Assembly (NCBI GenBank): GCA_964469525.1
Contig: CAYXYU010000002.1
Coordinates: 26,687-90,686 of the forward strand
Source: an uncultured Rickettsiales bacterium
GTDB lineage: Bacteria; Pseudomonadota; Alphaproteobacteria; Rickettsiales; SXRF01
Length of the DNA stretch: 64,000 nucleotides
Reading direction: 5' to 3'
Shown here: positions 9,235 through 17,960 of the stretch, in pieces
Layout: each line of letters starts with the position of its first letter
Position numbering within the stretch: the first letter of the stretch is position 1
The notes under the pieces: model-generated
What the model saw: the letters and a program-made list of their open reading frames with translations, nothing else
The model's database searches: none
What the model was told of the DNA's origin: nothing
Program-made: the position numbers and the translations under genes

Positions 9235-10242
9235 GTGCGCGTGCCGCTGCCGGCACATATCCACCTGAGCGGACACACCTATGCCATGCCTGACTGGTCG
9301 GTACGGGGTGCCACCGTCAAATTCGGCGAACCGGTGCTCGGCGAGGCGGCAAAAGAGCAGGGCTTCCGGCCGGGGCAGAGCCATAATGCGTTCCTGATTT
9401 TCAAGATGGACAGCTTCGCCCTGCACATTCCCATGCAGGTGGGGATCAAGCACGTCGATGCCGTCAAGAAGCGCATGGGCGTCGTGTTCGAGGACATGTC
9501 CCCCAGGCAGCTTTCCGTCATGCAGCAGCTGGTCAGCGCCTATGTCAGTGGCGAGCTTACCTCGGCAGAAGACATCATCCATGTCGTGGAGCGCAATAAC
9601 TTCGTCAAGCCCCGCACCATACCGTCCGAGGGGGCGGTCTCCTGGGAGCGACGGCTGCAGCTCTTCTTCCGGAAACTTATCGTCTTCCTCGTCGCGCTCC
9701 TGCTGTTCGGCTATCTGGTTTTAAGCATTTATGAGAGGAATTTCATCGTCGAAGCCAGCAACGCCTATGTGGATGCGGGAAGTTTCATGGTCAGCACGCC
9801 CGCCGGCGGCACCGTCTTCTACACCGATATCGACCAGGGCGCCCAGGTCAAGCAGGGAGCGCCGCTGGCGCTCATCCAGTCCCGCACCGGCACGATCACC
9901 ACGCTCGAAAGCCCGTGCGACTGCGTCATGCATCAGACGCTGGCGGCGCACGGCAACCACGTCAACGAAGGCGATTCCGTACTGTCGCTGGTGCAGAACG
10001 GAGCGCTGATGTATGTGACGGCCTTCATGCCCTACGAGGTGGCGAGGGATATGTATGAAGGCCAGCCGGCGCAGGTCGCCGTCGGAGGCGCTGCTGTCCG
10101 GCTGAACGGAACGGTCGACTATATCTCCCATGTAGCTGCGACCAGAGACGGGCTCTACAAACTGCGCATCGTTACCAAAGATCCCATCGATTCTTCATTG
10201 TTGGGGACGCCAGCCCATGTCACCATCGATACATTCCGCTAA
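9235..10242 (+). CDS. alg44: Alginate co-polymerase Alg44 (PilZ c-di-GMP receptor plus membrane-fusion-like domain); true N-terminus probably upstream of 9235
   Basis: The PilZ signature DWSVRG (DxSxxG) is inside the ORF. The partner RxxxR motif (RQYVR, first Arg at 9226-9228) lies in frame just upstream of GTG 9235. A TM segment and an HlyD-like C-terminal domain follow. The upstream in-frame stretch EADAQRQYVRVPLPA resembles P. aeruginosa ESEAQRQFARVKLPA (from memory). Confidence 0.8.
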   Translation: MRVPLPAHIHLSGHTYAMPDWSVRGATVKFGEPVLGEAAKEQGFRPGQSHNAFLIFKMDSFALHIPMQVGIKHVDAVKKRMGVVFEDMSPRQLSVMQQLVSAYVSGELTSAEDIIHVVERNNFVKPRTIPSEGAVSWERRLQLFFRKLIVFLVALLLFGYLVLSIYERNFIVEASNAYVDAGSFMVSTPAGGTVFYTDIDQGAQVKQGAPLALIQSRTGTITTLESPCDCVMHQTLAAHGNHVNEGDSVLSLVQNGALMYVTAFMPYEVARDMYEGQPAQVAVGGAAVRLNGTVDYISHVAATRDGLYKLRIVTKDPIDSSLLGTPAHVTIDTFR

Positions 10243-13200
10243 AGGCGGCATCAGAAGGCTGGTTCTCACCTGCTTGGGCGGCGTATGCATATGGCTTTCG
10301 ACTTCCGCCTGGATATTCTCCACCTCCTCTCAGGATAAAGACAGCGCCGACATCGAGCAGGCCTTCCTGCAGGCTGAACGGGAAACCGAGAAAGGAGCGG
10401 CGCGCAAGCAATGGAAGGCACTGCTGGAGCAGATCAAGGGCCGTTCAGATCTCCCTCCTTACATCACTGCCGAAAGTATTCAGCGCATCATCATTGATCT
10501 CTACGTGCAGCCCTATGTACGTTCCGGCAAGCAGGAGGCGGCGATCGAGGCCTATGACTATATCCGCCAGGTTCCGGACAAGGAGATGCGCCTGTGGGGA
10601 TTGGCGCATTTGCTGTATCAGATGACCAAGCGCAGCAGTTCAGGCATGCATCCGGACCTGCTTCCCATCGCACAGGACAGCATCGACAGCATCTATCATG
10701 ATGCCATAGACTTGGCGCCGGAGGTGCGCGGACGGCTTTACTACACGCTGGCGACCATCATGACTGGCGAGGCCGGCCAGCAGGCCTATTCCGAAAAAGA
10801 GCTGCAGCGTGTCCACGCGCTGATTATGCGTGTCGAGCAGCCGGGCCACCGGCTGGAACTGATACGGCGCTTCGGGGCATTGTCCAAGGTCTTTTCACCA
10901 TCATTGTATCCTGCGACATTTCATCCGCTGTATCGTGCTTTCGCCGAAAGCCAGCCGGAAACAGAGCAGTTGCTTGTCATTCACAGGGATGCGGTGGCGA
11001 AGGATCATTTCCATGCCGCTTTGTATGCCCTTCTCGCGATCAAAGACGGAAAAATACGCACGGTGAAGCTGAAGGAGTATTACCAGGCCCTGGTGGAAGA
11101 GGGCGCGATTTCACGTGCGCGCCGCGTCGCCGAGCAGACGGACAATCTTTCGGCCTGCGTCTATATGTGGAGCGGGCTGATGCGCGAATACCTGTATTAC
11201 GGCTATGATCTGAAGGCGAAGTCGGCGCAGGATCACGGCATGCAGTGCGCTGATGCGATGGACGATGCTGCCGATCGGCAGCAGGCGGTACGTCTCATTG
11301 AGGAAAGGCAGGCGGAGGGCAGGGATAAGCACGGCCAGTATACCCAGGCCGATCCTAAAAAAAAAGAGGAGCTCGAACGCCGGATCGATCAGGCTTTGAG
11401 GAATAAAGGCGTGGCGCAGGCAGCGGCCCTGGTCAGAGAGGAAAGCGATACCAAACTGCGCGTCGGCGGATTTCATTATCTCGCTAGGCGGCAGGCCACC
11501 ACGCTGGACCGCTATCGCATGCTGACGTCCGGTCCGCTGACAGAAGGTAAAGATCCCCTCGATTCCGTTTCGTATGTTCTGGGGCCGTCATCCGACATCT
11601 CTTCACCAGGCATCACCGAGGTCAAGATGCAGGAGGCGGCGCTGCGGCAGCATCATGGGGCTAACGCCAGTAATATCATGGCCTATGAGGGCATACCGTC
11701 TGCCATCGGCCAGGTGATTCACTTCATGCGGCTACCGCAGCAGGCAGAAATTTCCGGCAAGGTCGTGCGGGCGAAGATACCGTTGCCGCAGGGCGGCAGA
11801 ATCATCCTGTCGCATTACGAGAGCAACATCTTTAACTCATCCTTTACCCGGCTGCTTGGCAACAGCGGGTTCGTGCTCGGGCAGCAATCCGCCGCCCCGC
11901 TGGCCATCACGGTGGAGAACGGGGTGTTCGATCTCATGGCTATCTATGACGGGTTGATCGATCTGGGGAACCTGCGCTGCATGGAGAAAAACGCCAACAT
12001 CTATACGCTGCGCTGCCCTCTGATCGTCGGTACGGACGCGACATTGGTCCTGAGCGGGGACACTGTTTCCGAATTGCGGTTATCGGCCCAGGCGCGCAGC
12101 TATATCATCAACGCCAATACCCTCTACGTCACCGATGTCACGCTGATGAGCTGGGATGAGGATAAAAAGGAGCCGATGTGGCTGGACTATGACAAGCGCT
12201 ACCGCTTCCGGCCGTTTTTCACCTCATGGAACCGCTCCTACAGCTATATCGGCAACTCGGAGATCATCGCGCTGGGCTACGATCATGGCAAATCCTACGG
12301 CATCTCCTTCTCTTCCGGTCCCAACAACTGGGAGAATCTGGGGGAGATCGACAATCATGATCGTCCAACCGGTATCATCGTCAATAATTCCTTCCACAAC
12401 ATGATGTTCGGATTTTACTCCTACGAGGCGTATAACGCCGTGCTGGTGGGGAACGAATATATCGACAACGTGGTGTACGGCATCGATCCGCATGACCGCT
12501 CCACCCATCTGGTGATTGCCTACAATACCGCCTATGGCTCGACCAAGAAGCATGGCATCATCATCTCGCGCGAGGTGAAGAAATCGCTGATCGCGGGCAA
12601 TTTGTCCTTCGATAACCGCGGCTCGGGCATCATGCTCGACCGCGAAAGCGACGAAACGCTGATTTACGCCAACACCGCCTTTGCGAATGACGGGGAAGGC
12701 ATCGCTCTGTTCGAGAGCAACTGCAGCATCATCGCCGCCAACCTGCTTTTTCAGAATAAGGGTTCCGGAGTCCGGCTGCGCAACAGCCACGACATAGGGC
12801 TCTATTACAACCGGATCATGCACAACAATCACGGCATAACCGCTTATAGCTTGGCGTTGGAAGACGATCCCAATCATCGTCACCGCAATTTCACGCTGGA
12901 CCCTTATTACACCCTCACGACCTTCAGTGCCGTGGGTAATAAGCTGGAGGGCAACCGGACGGGCATCTTCGTCGATGATATCGACGGCATGTTTCTCAAG
13001 GCAAACAGCTATATAAATCAGGCACCGTCGCTGTTCCGCGGCGACTGGTTCGCCACCCGTGTGGCAGACATCATGCAGATGGACCGGCAGGCAAAAGGGG
13101 CAGTGCTCAGCCGCATCTGCCCGACGACGCGCACCGTGCCATCACAACATTCCTGCATATTCCGCGAGAACGGCACGCTGCGCGGTGATGGGATGGACCT

Positions 13201-13282
13201 GCTGCTGCTGCGGCTGTCGCTGCCGCAATGCAAGATCCTTCAGGCCGACATCCGCACGGCGAGAAAGGAGACAACGCAATGA
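10217..13282 (+). CDS. algG: Periplasmic mannuronan C-5 epimerase AlgG with ~500-aa N-terminal helical extension
   Basis: The C-terminal ~500 aa is a parallel beta-helix with the AlgG-type motif NVVYGIDPHDRSTHLVIAYN. The N-terminus has one TM/signal anchor (LVLTCLGGVCIWLSTSAWIF) followed by ~480 aa of helical sequence. It overlaps the alg44 end by 26 nt. Confidence 0.8.
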   Translation: MSPSIHSAKGGIRRLVLTCLGGVCIWLSTSAWIFSTSSQDKDSADIEQAFLQAERETEKGAARKQWKALLEQIKGRSDLPPYITAESIQRIIIDLYVQPYVRSGKQEAAIEAYDYIRQVPDKEMRLWGLAHLLYQMTKRSSSGMHPDLLPIAQDSIDSIYHDAIDLAPEVRGRLYYTLATIMTGEAGQQAYSEKELQRVHALIMRVEQPGHRLELIRRFGALSKVFSPSLYPATFHPLYRAFAESQPETEQLLVIHRDAVAKDHFHAALYALLAIKDGKIRTVKLKEYYQALVEEGAISRARRVAEQTDNLSACVYMWSGLMREYLYYGYDLKAKSAQDHGMQCADAMDDAADRQQAVRLIEERQAEGRDKHGQYTQADPKKKEELERRIDQALRNKGVAQAAALVREESDTKLRVGGFHYLARRQATTLDRYRMLTSGPLTEGKDPLDSVSYVLGPSSDISSPGITEVKMQEAALRQHHGANASNIMAYEGIPSAIGQVIHFMRLPQQAEISGKVVRAKIPLPQGGRIILSHYESNIFNSSFTRLLGNSGFVLGQQSAAPLAITVENGVFDLMAIYDGLIDLGNLRCMEKNANIYTLRCPLIVGTDATLVLSGDTVSELRLSAQARSYIINANTLYVTDVTLMSWDEDKKEPMWLDYDKRYRFRPFFTSWNRSYSYIGNSEIIALGYDHGKSYGISFSSGPNNWENLGEIDNHDRPTGIIVNNSFHNMMFGFYSYEAYNAVLVGNEYIDNVVYGIDPHDRSTHLVIAYNTAYGSTKKHGIIISREVKKSLIAGNLSFDNRGSGIMLDRESDETLIYANTAFANDGEGIALFESNCSIIAANLLFQNKGSGVRLRNSHDIGLYYNRIMHNNHGITAYSLALEDDPNHRHRNFTLDPYYTLTTFSAVGNKLEGNRTGIFVDDIDGMFLKANSYINQAPSLFRGDWFATRVADIMQMDRQAKGAVLSRICPTTRTVPSQHSCIFRENGTLRGDGMDLLLLRLSLPQCKILQADIRTARKETTQ

Positions 13283-14388
13283 TCCGTATCGCTTTCGCCT
13301 TACTTCTGTGCGCGCTGGCGCTGCCGGCCGGCGCCGCTCTCGCCGCTCCGGAAGGGGCGCTGTTCGACATCGAAAAGCGTCGGCAGCAGCTGCAGACGCC
13401 GGAATATGCACAGCTGCGCGCCTACTGCATGGGGCAGGACGCTGATCCGCCGCCGGAAGCCATGCCGCCGCCCTTTCCGGCACTGAAGGCAACAGAGGCA
13501 TACGGCACGGACGATGCGATGGAGGATTTCAGCTATTACCTGATGTTCCACAGCGGCCGGGCGCTGGCGGGGGATCATGCGTCGCAGCAGCGGGTGAAGA
13601 CGGCCCTGCTAAGCTGGGCAAAGGCGGACGCGCTGGAGCAAACCGAAGAAAGTCACGATACTTACTATGCGCTGAAGCGCGGCCTGCTGCCGGTGATCGT
13701 TTCCTACGAAATCCTGCGCCCGCAGATGACGGAATCCGAACGGACAACGGCGCAAGCCTGGATCGATCCGCTGGTCCGGCGTATCGACAAAATGTTCGGC
13801 AAGGAGGTCGACCGCAATAATCACCGCTATCTGGCGGACGCGGTGCTGACGCTGTGGGGTGACGTGATCGGCGATCCGGCACTGTATGCAAAGGGAAAGG
13901 AGCGCTTCGCAGCAGCGCTTTCCGACATGACGGCGGAAGGGGCGCTGCCGCTGGAGGCGAGGCGGGGAGCGCGCGCGCTTTGGTATGCACGGCAGTCGCT
14001 GGCGAATCTGACCATGATCGCGAGCATCTATCACCGCAATGGCGAATCGCTTTATACCCATACGCAGAGGGAGGCAACGCTTGCCCGACTCATGCATCAC
14101 TTCGTCACCGGCGTACGCTATCCGTTCACGGTGCTGGCCAGCGCGTCCCAGAACCATATCCCGGGGCCATCAAAGAACTTCCTGGAGCAGGATATGGGAA
14201 TGCTGGACCGGCGCGGCCATGGTCGCCATTACATGGCATTCGCGCATATGTATCTGGCGCACGCGCCGGAAAACGACGCGTCCCGCCGGCGGCTGGAAGC
14301 GCTGATGCAGGACGAAGTGTTCGATGAACTGCCGCTGATTGATGAGTTCGCCGGCGGTAACGCCACCTGTTTCTGGGGAATGCCATGA
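13279..14388 (+). CDS. algL: Periplasmic alginate lyase AlgL (PL5)
   Basis: ATG 13279 overlaps the algG stop (ATGA), with RBS AAAGGAG upstream. It has the signal peptide MIRIAFALLLCALALPAGAALA and DRNNHRYL, which corresponds to the NNHSYW block of PL5 lyases. Confidence 0.8.
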   Translation: MIRIAFALLLCALALPAGAALAAPEGALFDIEKRRQQLQTPEYAQLRAYCMGQDADPPPEAMPPPFPALKATEAYGTDDAMEDFSYYLMFHSGRALAGDHASQQRVKTALLSWAKADALEQTEESHDTYYALKRGLLPVIVSYEILRPQMTESERTTAQAWIDPLVRRIDKMFGKEVDRNNHRYLADAVLTLWGDVIGDPALYAKGKERFAAALSDMTAEGALPLEARRGARALWYARQSLANLTMIASIYHRNGESLYTHTQREATLARLMHHFVTGVRYPFTVLASASQNHIPGPSKNFLEQDMGMLDRRGHGRHYMAFAHMYLAHAPENDASRRRLEALMQDEVFDELPLIDEFAGGNATCFWGMP

Positions 14389-15311
14389 TCCGCAATGCAC
14401 GTATTGTATTTCTCCTGCTGCTTGCCTCCGCCCAGCCGGTGGATGCGCAGGAGGTGGCGTTCACTGCGCAGGATCAGACAGAGATGAAGGAACTGGTGGC
14501 AAGCGTGCGTCGCGGCTCGGCCAATGCGGAAATCAAGCTGGCCGACTGGCTGCGGGAAAAGGGTAGCCACAAGGAGGCCGAACGCTGGTACCGCTATGCC
14601 TTTATCCAGGACAGCGGACGCGCCGGATTTACTCTGTGCCAGATGCACAAGCAGGGGTTCATCACGCTGCAATATCCGGATCCGATCTGCAAGCTCAGCA
14701 TCCATATGATGGAGGAAGCGGCGTACAAAGGGGACGATTCTTCCGCCCTGATATTGGGGCTGCTCTACCTCAAGGGGGAGTATGTCGCGCGGGACTATGA
14801 AAAAACCGTGCGGTTCCTTCAGATCGCTCGCAGCAAGGGAAAAGCCATGGCATCGTACCACCTGGGAAACGTATACAGCAACGGCCTGTTCGCCTCGATA
14901 CAGCCGCGCAAGGCACTTTCCTACTATAAGGAAGCCTCCGACAAGGGAGTGGCGGAAGCGACCCGGCAGCTGGCCCTGGCTTACCTGACCGGCACCTACT
15001 ACACCCGCGATCCGAATGAGGCCAAACGACTGTTCGAGAAAAGCATCGTGCAGGGCGACGTCGAAGCAATGCGGGACTTGGCCAATCTTTACCGATACGA
15101 AGAACACAATATGGCTCAGTACCTGCACTGGATGCAGCGTGCGGCCGAAGCCGGCAACAGCGACGCTCAGTATTACCTTGGCCTGCATTTCGAGGCGCAA
15201 AATCCGGCGAAGGCCAGGGAGTATTTCGTGGCGGCGGCCACGCAGAAACATTTCATGGCGCGGCAGAAACTGCCTAACTGGGAAAAAGCGGTGGAGGAGG
15301 CGACCCCATGA
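14385..15311 (+). CDS. Exported Sel1-repeat protein
   Basis: ATGA overlap with algL. It has the signal peptide IVFLLLLASAQPVDA and repeated Sel1 units (A...LG..Y..G.....D...A..W..KAA). Confidence 0.75.
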   Translation: MIRNARIVFLLLLASAQPVDAQEVAFTAQDQTEMKELVASVRRGSANAEIKLADWLREKGSHKEAERWYRYAFIQDSGRAGFTLCQMHKQGFITLQYPDPICKLSIHMMEEAAYKGDDSSALILGLLYLKGEYVARDYEKTVRFLQIARSKGKAMASYHLGNVYSNGLFASIQPRKALSYYKEASDKGVAEATRQLALAYLTGTYYTRDPNEAKRLFEKSIVQGDVEAMRDLANLYRYEEHNMAQYLHWMQRAAEAGNSDAQYYLGLHFEAQNPAKAREYFVAAATQKHFMARQKLPNWEKAVEEATP

Positions 15312-17710
15312 GAAAGGCCCCTCCAATGTTCGTCGGCGCTGTTGGCGTTCTCGTGCTGCTGCTGTCCGGTGCGGCCGATGCGAAAGAGATACAGTTCATC
15401 ATGCCACCGCAGTATGATTACCAAACCATCTGCAAGGCCGCGGCGGAGCGCTTCGATCCGGAGGAAGTGGAGGCGCTGCGCCGCCGTCCACTATCAGAGC
15501 TCACGCCCGAGGAACTGGTGCGGCTGGCCGAAGCCTATAGCGACAACAGCGATGTAATCACGCCCGACTATGCGTTTGCGCTGACCGCGGTCGACCAAGT
15601 CCTGAAGCTTCCCTACCGGGGAGAAAACCAACCTTTCATCGACGATGCGCTGTTCATCAAGGCCGATATCCTGCATAAGGGAAGGGCGGGCGAGCCCAGA
15701 CGCGCCGAAGCCAAAGCCATACTGGAGACGCTGATTGTCCGCAACCACGCCAAGGCGCATCGCCGCTACGGCGAGATCTATGAAGACGAGCAGCGCTTTC
15801 CGCAGGCGATGGAGTCGTACAAAAAGGCTATCATCAGCGGTAACATCACTGCCTATTTCAACCTGGCGCGCCTGTATCACGAAAAGAAGGTGAAAGCCTC
15901 GCCGGCGGAGTTCCGCCGCGCCCTGTCCAACCTGCATGACGCCACCCTGCAGAATATCGCCAAAGGCAACTGCCAGGTTATGGTGGAGATGGCGAAGTTC
16001 TACCGCCTGCTCGAGCCGATGGAGGGAGCGCACGAGCACAGCGTCGCCTGGTTCCGGCACGCTGCTTCCACCCCCACCATCTCCGGCAAGTTGCTGTATG
16101 CCGAACTGCTGTTGCCGCAGGCGGAGGCGAGAAATGACTGGCGGGAGGTGGTCGCCTTGTGGGAGGGGGCGGCAACGCTGGGATCGGTCAAGGCCATGCG
16201 GCATCTGGGAGATTATTACCTCTCCGGCCACGCCTTCGATCCCGAAAAGGCCCGGCACTGGCTGCAGCTCGCCAGCCTGCGCAAGGATGTAAAAATCTCC
16301 ACGCTGATGCAGTGGGCGGAAAGCCTGAAACATCTGTCTCCTCCTCCGTATGCCGATATCATCACCATCTATGAGCGCGCGGCAGGGCACGGGCAGGAAG
16401 CGGCCTGGTATGAACTGGGACGCCTGTACCAGTACGACATGCGCAGCGAAGGCCATCTGGAGAAGGCCATCGCCTATTATCAGAAAGCCGCCGAAGCAAA
16501 ACACGTGGCCGCCATGCGGGCGCTGCAGACCGCCTACAGCTGCAATATCGGCACCGGCTTCAACCGGGAAAAGGCAACATTCTGGCAGCAGCAGATCGAG
16601 ACGCATAGTGACGAGGCGTTTCTCGATGCCTTCCTTCGCGCGGCAGAGCGTGGCTTCGCGGGGGTAACGCGTGCCATGGCCCGGCGACTGGAATCGATGG
16701 CGGCGATGCCGGAAGCGGTGGAAGCGAAAGCGCTACTCGCCGCCTATTATTTTCATCAGGGTGAAGAAGATCTTGCCAACCGGCAGACGGAGGCGCTCCT
16801 GCGCCGCGATAGCGAAGAGAACGATGTATATCCCGGCCACTATGCGCTGGGGAAACTTTACTATGAAGGCATCGGGTTTACGGACGGAAAAGAATATGGG
16901 CTGAAGCTGCTGGAACGGGCGTCGGCGGCCGGGAACGCTTCCGCGCTGATGCGGCTGGGGGACATGCATGCCGAGCGGCGGCAGTATTCGCAGGCGATCA
17001 GCTATTATCAGAAAGCAGCCAAGGAGAACAATACGGCCTACCGCAAGCTGTATTACATCTATGTTGATTTGGGCAATGTTCCGGAAGCGGTGAAGAGCCT
17101 GGAGCGGCTCGCCGCCGACGGCGATGCGGAGGCGATGCTGCGTCTGGCGGAGCATTATTACAGCGACCTGAAAGAACCGGTACAGGCCGCCTATTGGTTC
17201 GAGCAGGCAACGCGGCACTATCCCTGCGAAGCCGAAACACTTCAGCGCATCGCCCAGGCGTATAGGCGCGGCATCAACGGCGCTCCGCTTGATGAAAAAC
17301 AGGCGGCAGCATGGCTGCGCTACCTGCAGCATCTTCCCATACGGGCTCACAGCCAGCCAGTAGTTCTAGCGCGAACGATCCTTTACCTTGAAGGGGAAGG
17401 AAGCGAACCGCAGAAAAAGCGCGAGGCGGTGGAAGTGCTGACCGAAATGGCGGAAGCGGGAAACGAAGATGCCCGGCAGACACTGCTCGACTATCACTTG
17501 CTGCAGTCGGATGCGAAACAGCTCATCGCCATGCTAACCCGGCAGGCGGAAACAGGCTCCGCAATTTCCATGCTCTACCTATCCAACCTGTATCTTTCCG
17601 GCTTCGCCGACATTCCGCCCGATAAAGAAAAAGCGCTTCACTGGCTGCAACAGGCGAAGGAGGCCGGCAGCGAAACCGCCGCATTCCGCCTGGCATTGCT
17701 TACCAAATAG
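15308..17710 (+). CDS. Exported 800-aa Sel1/TPR-repeat protein
   Basis: ATGA overlap with the preceding gene. It has the signal peptide FVGAVGVLVLLLSGAADA and more than 10 Sel1-like repeats. Confidence 0.75.
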   Translation: MRKAPPMFVGAVGVLVLLLSGAADAKEIQFIMPPQYDYQTICKAAAERFDPEEVEALRRRPLSELTPEELVRLAEAYSDNSDVITPDYAFALTAVDQVLKLPYRGENQPFIDDALFIKADILHKGRAGEPRRAEAKAILETLIVRNHAKAHRRYGEIYEDEQRFPQAMESYKKAIISGNITAYFNLARLYHEKKVKASPAEFRRALSNLHDATLQNIAKGNCQVMVEMAKFYRLLEPMEGAHEHSVAWFRHAASTPTISGKLLYAELLLPQAEARNDWREVVALWEGAATLGSVKAMRHLGDYYLSGHAFDPEKARHWLQLASLRKDVKISTLMQWAESLKHLSPPPYADIITIYERAAGHGQEAAWYELGRLYQYDMRSEGHLEKAIAYYQKAAEAKHVAAMRALQTAYSCNIGTGFNREKATFWQQQIETHSDEAFLDAFLRAAERGFAGVTRAMARRLESMAAMPEAVEAKALLAAYYFHQGEEDLANRQTEALLRRDSEENDVYPGHYALGKLYYEGIGFTDGKEYGLKLLERASAAGNASALMRLGDMHAERRQYSQAISYYQKAAKENNTAYRKLYYIYVDLGNVPEAVKSLERLAADGDAEAMLRLAEHYYSDLKEPVQAAYWFEQATRHYPCEAETLQRIAQAYRRGINGAPLDEKQAAAWLRYLQHLPIRAHSQPVVLARTILYLEGEGSEPQKKREAVEVLTEMAEAGNEDARQTLLDYHLLQSDAKQLIAMLTRQAETGSAISMLYLSNLYLSGFADIPPDKEKALHWLQQAKEAGSETAAFRLALLTK

Positions 17711-17960
17711 GTTAATTTCCTTCTTTTTACCGCCAACGCTTGATGCGCGAATTTCTGCGCGAACACAAATCATCCTTCTAAAATCGTTCGCGTTTATGAT
17801 GGTACGGCCGTGCCGTCATTAACAGTAAAGAAAATTTTTGCTTATAAAACAGTTGCAAAACCGCGACGCGTTACCTACCGTTGCAAAAAAACCACTTATA
17901 CAAAATTTATTTCCTGAACTAGGAAACCCTATCGCAATTTTATATGAGGATCATCGGAAA

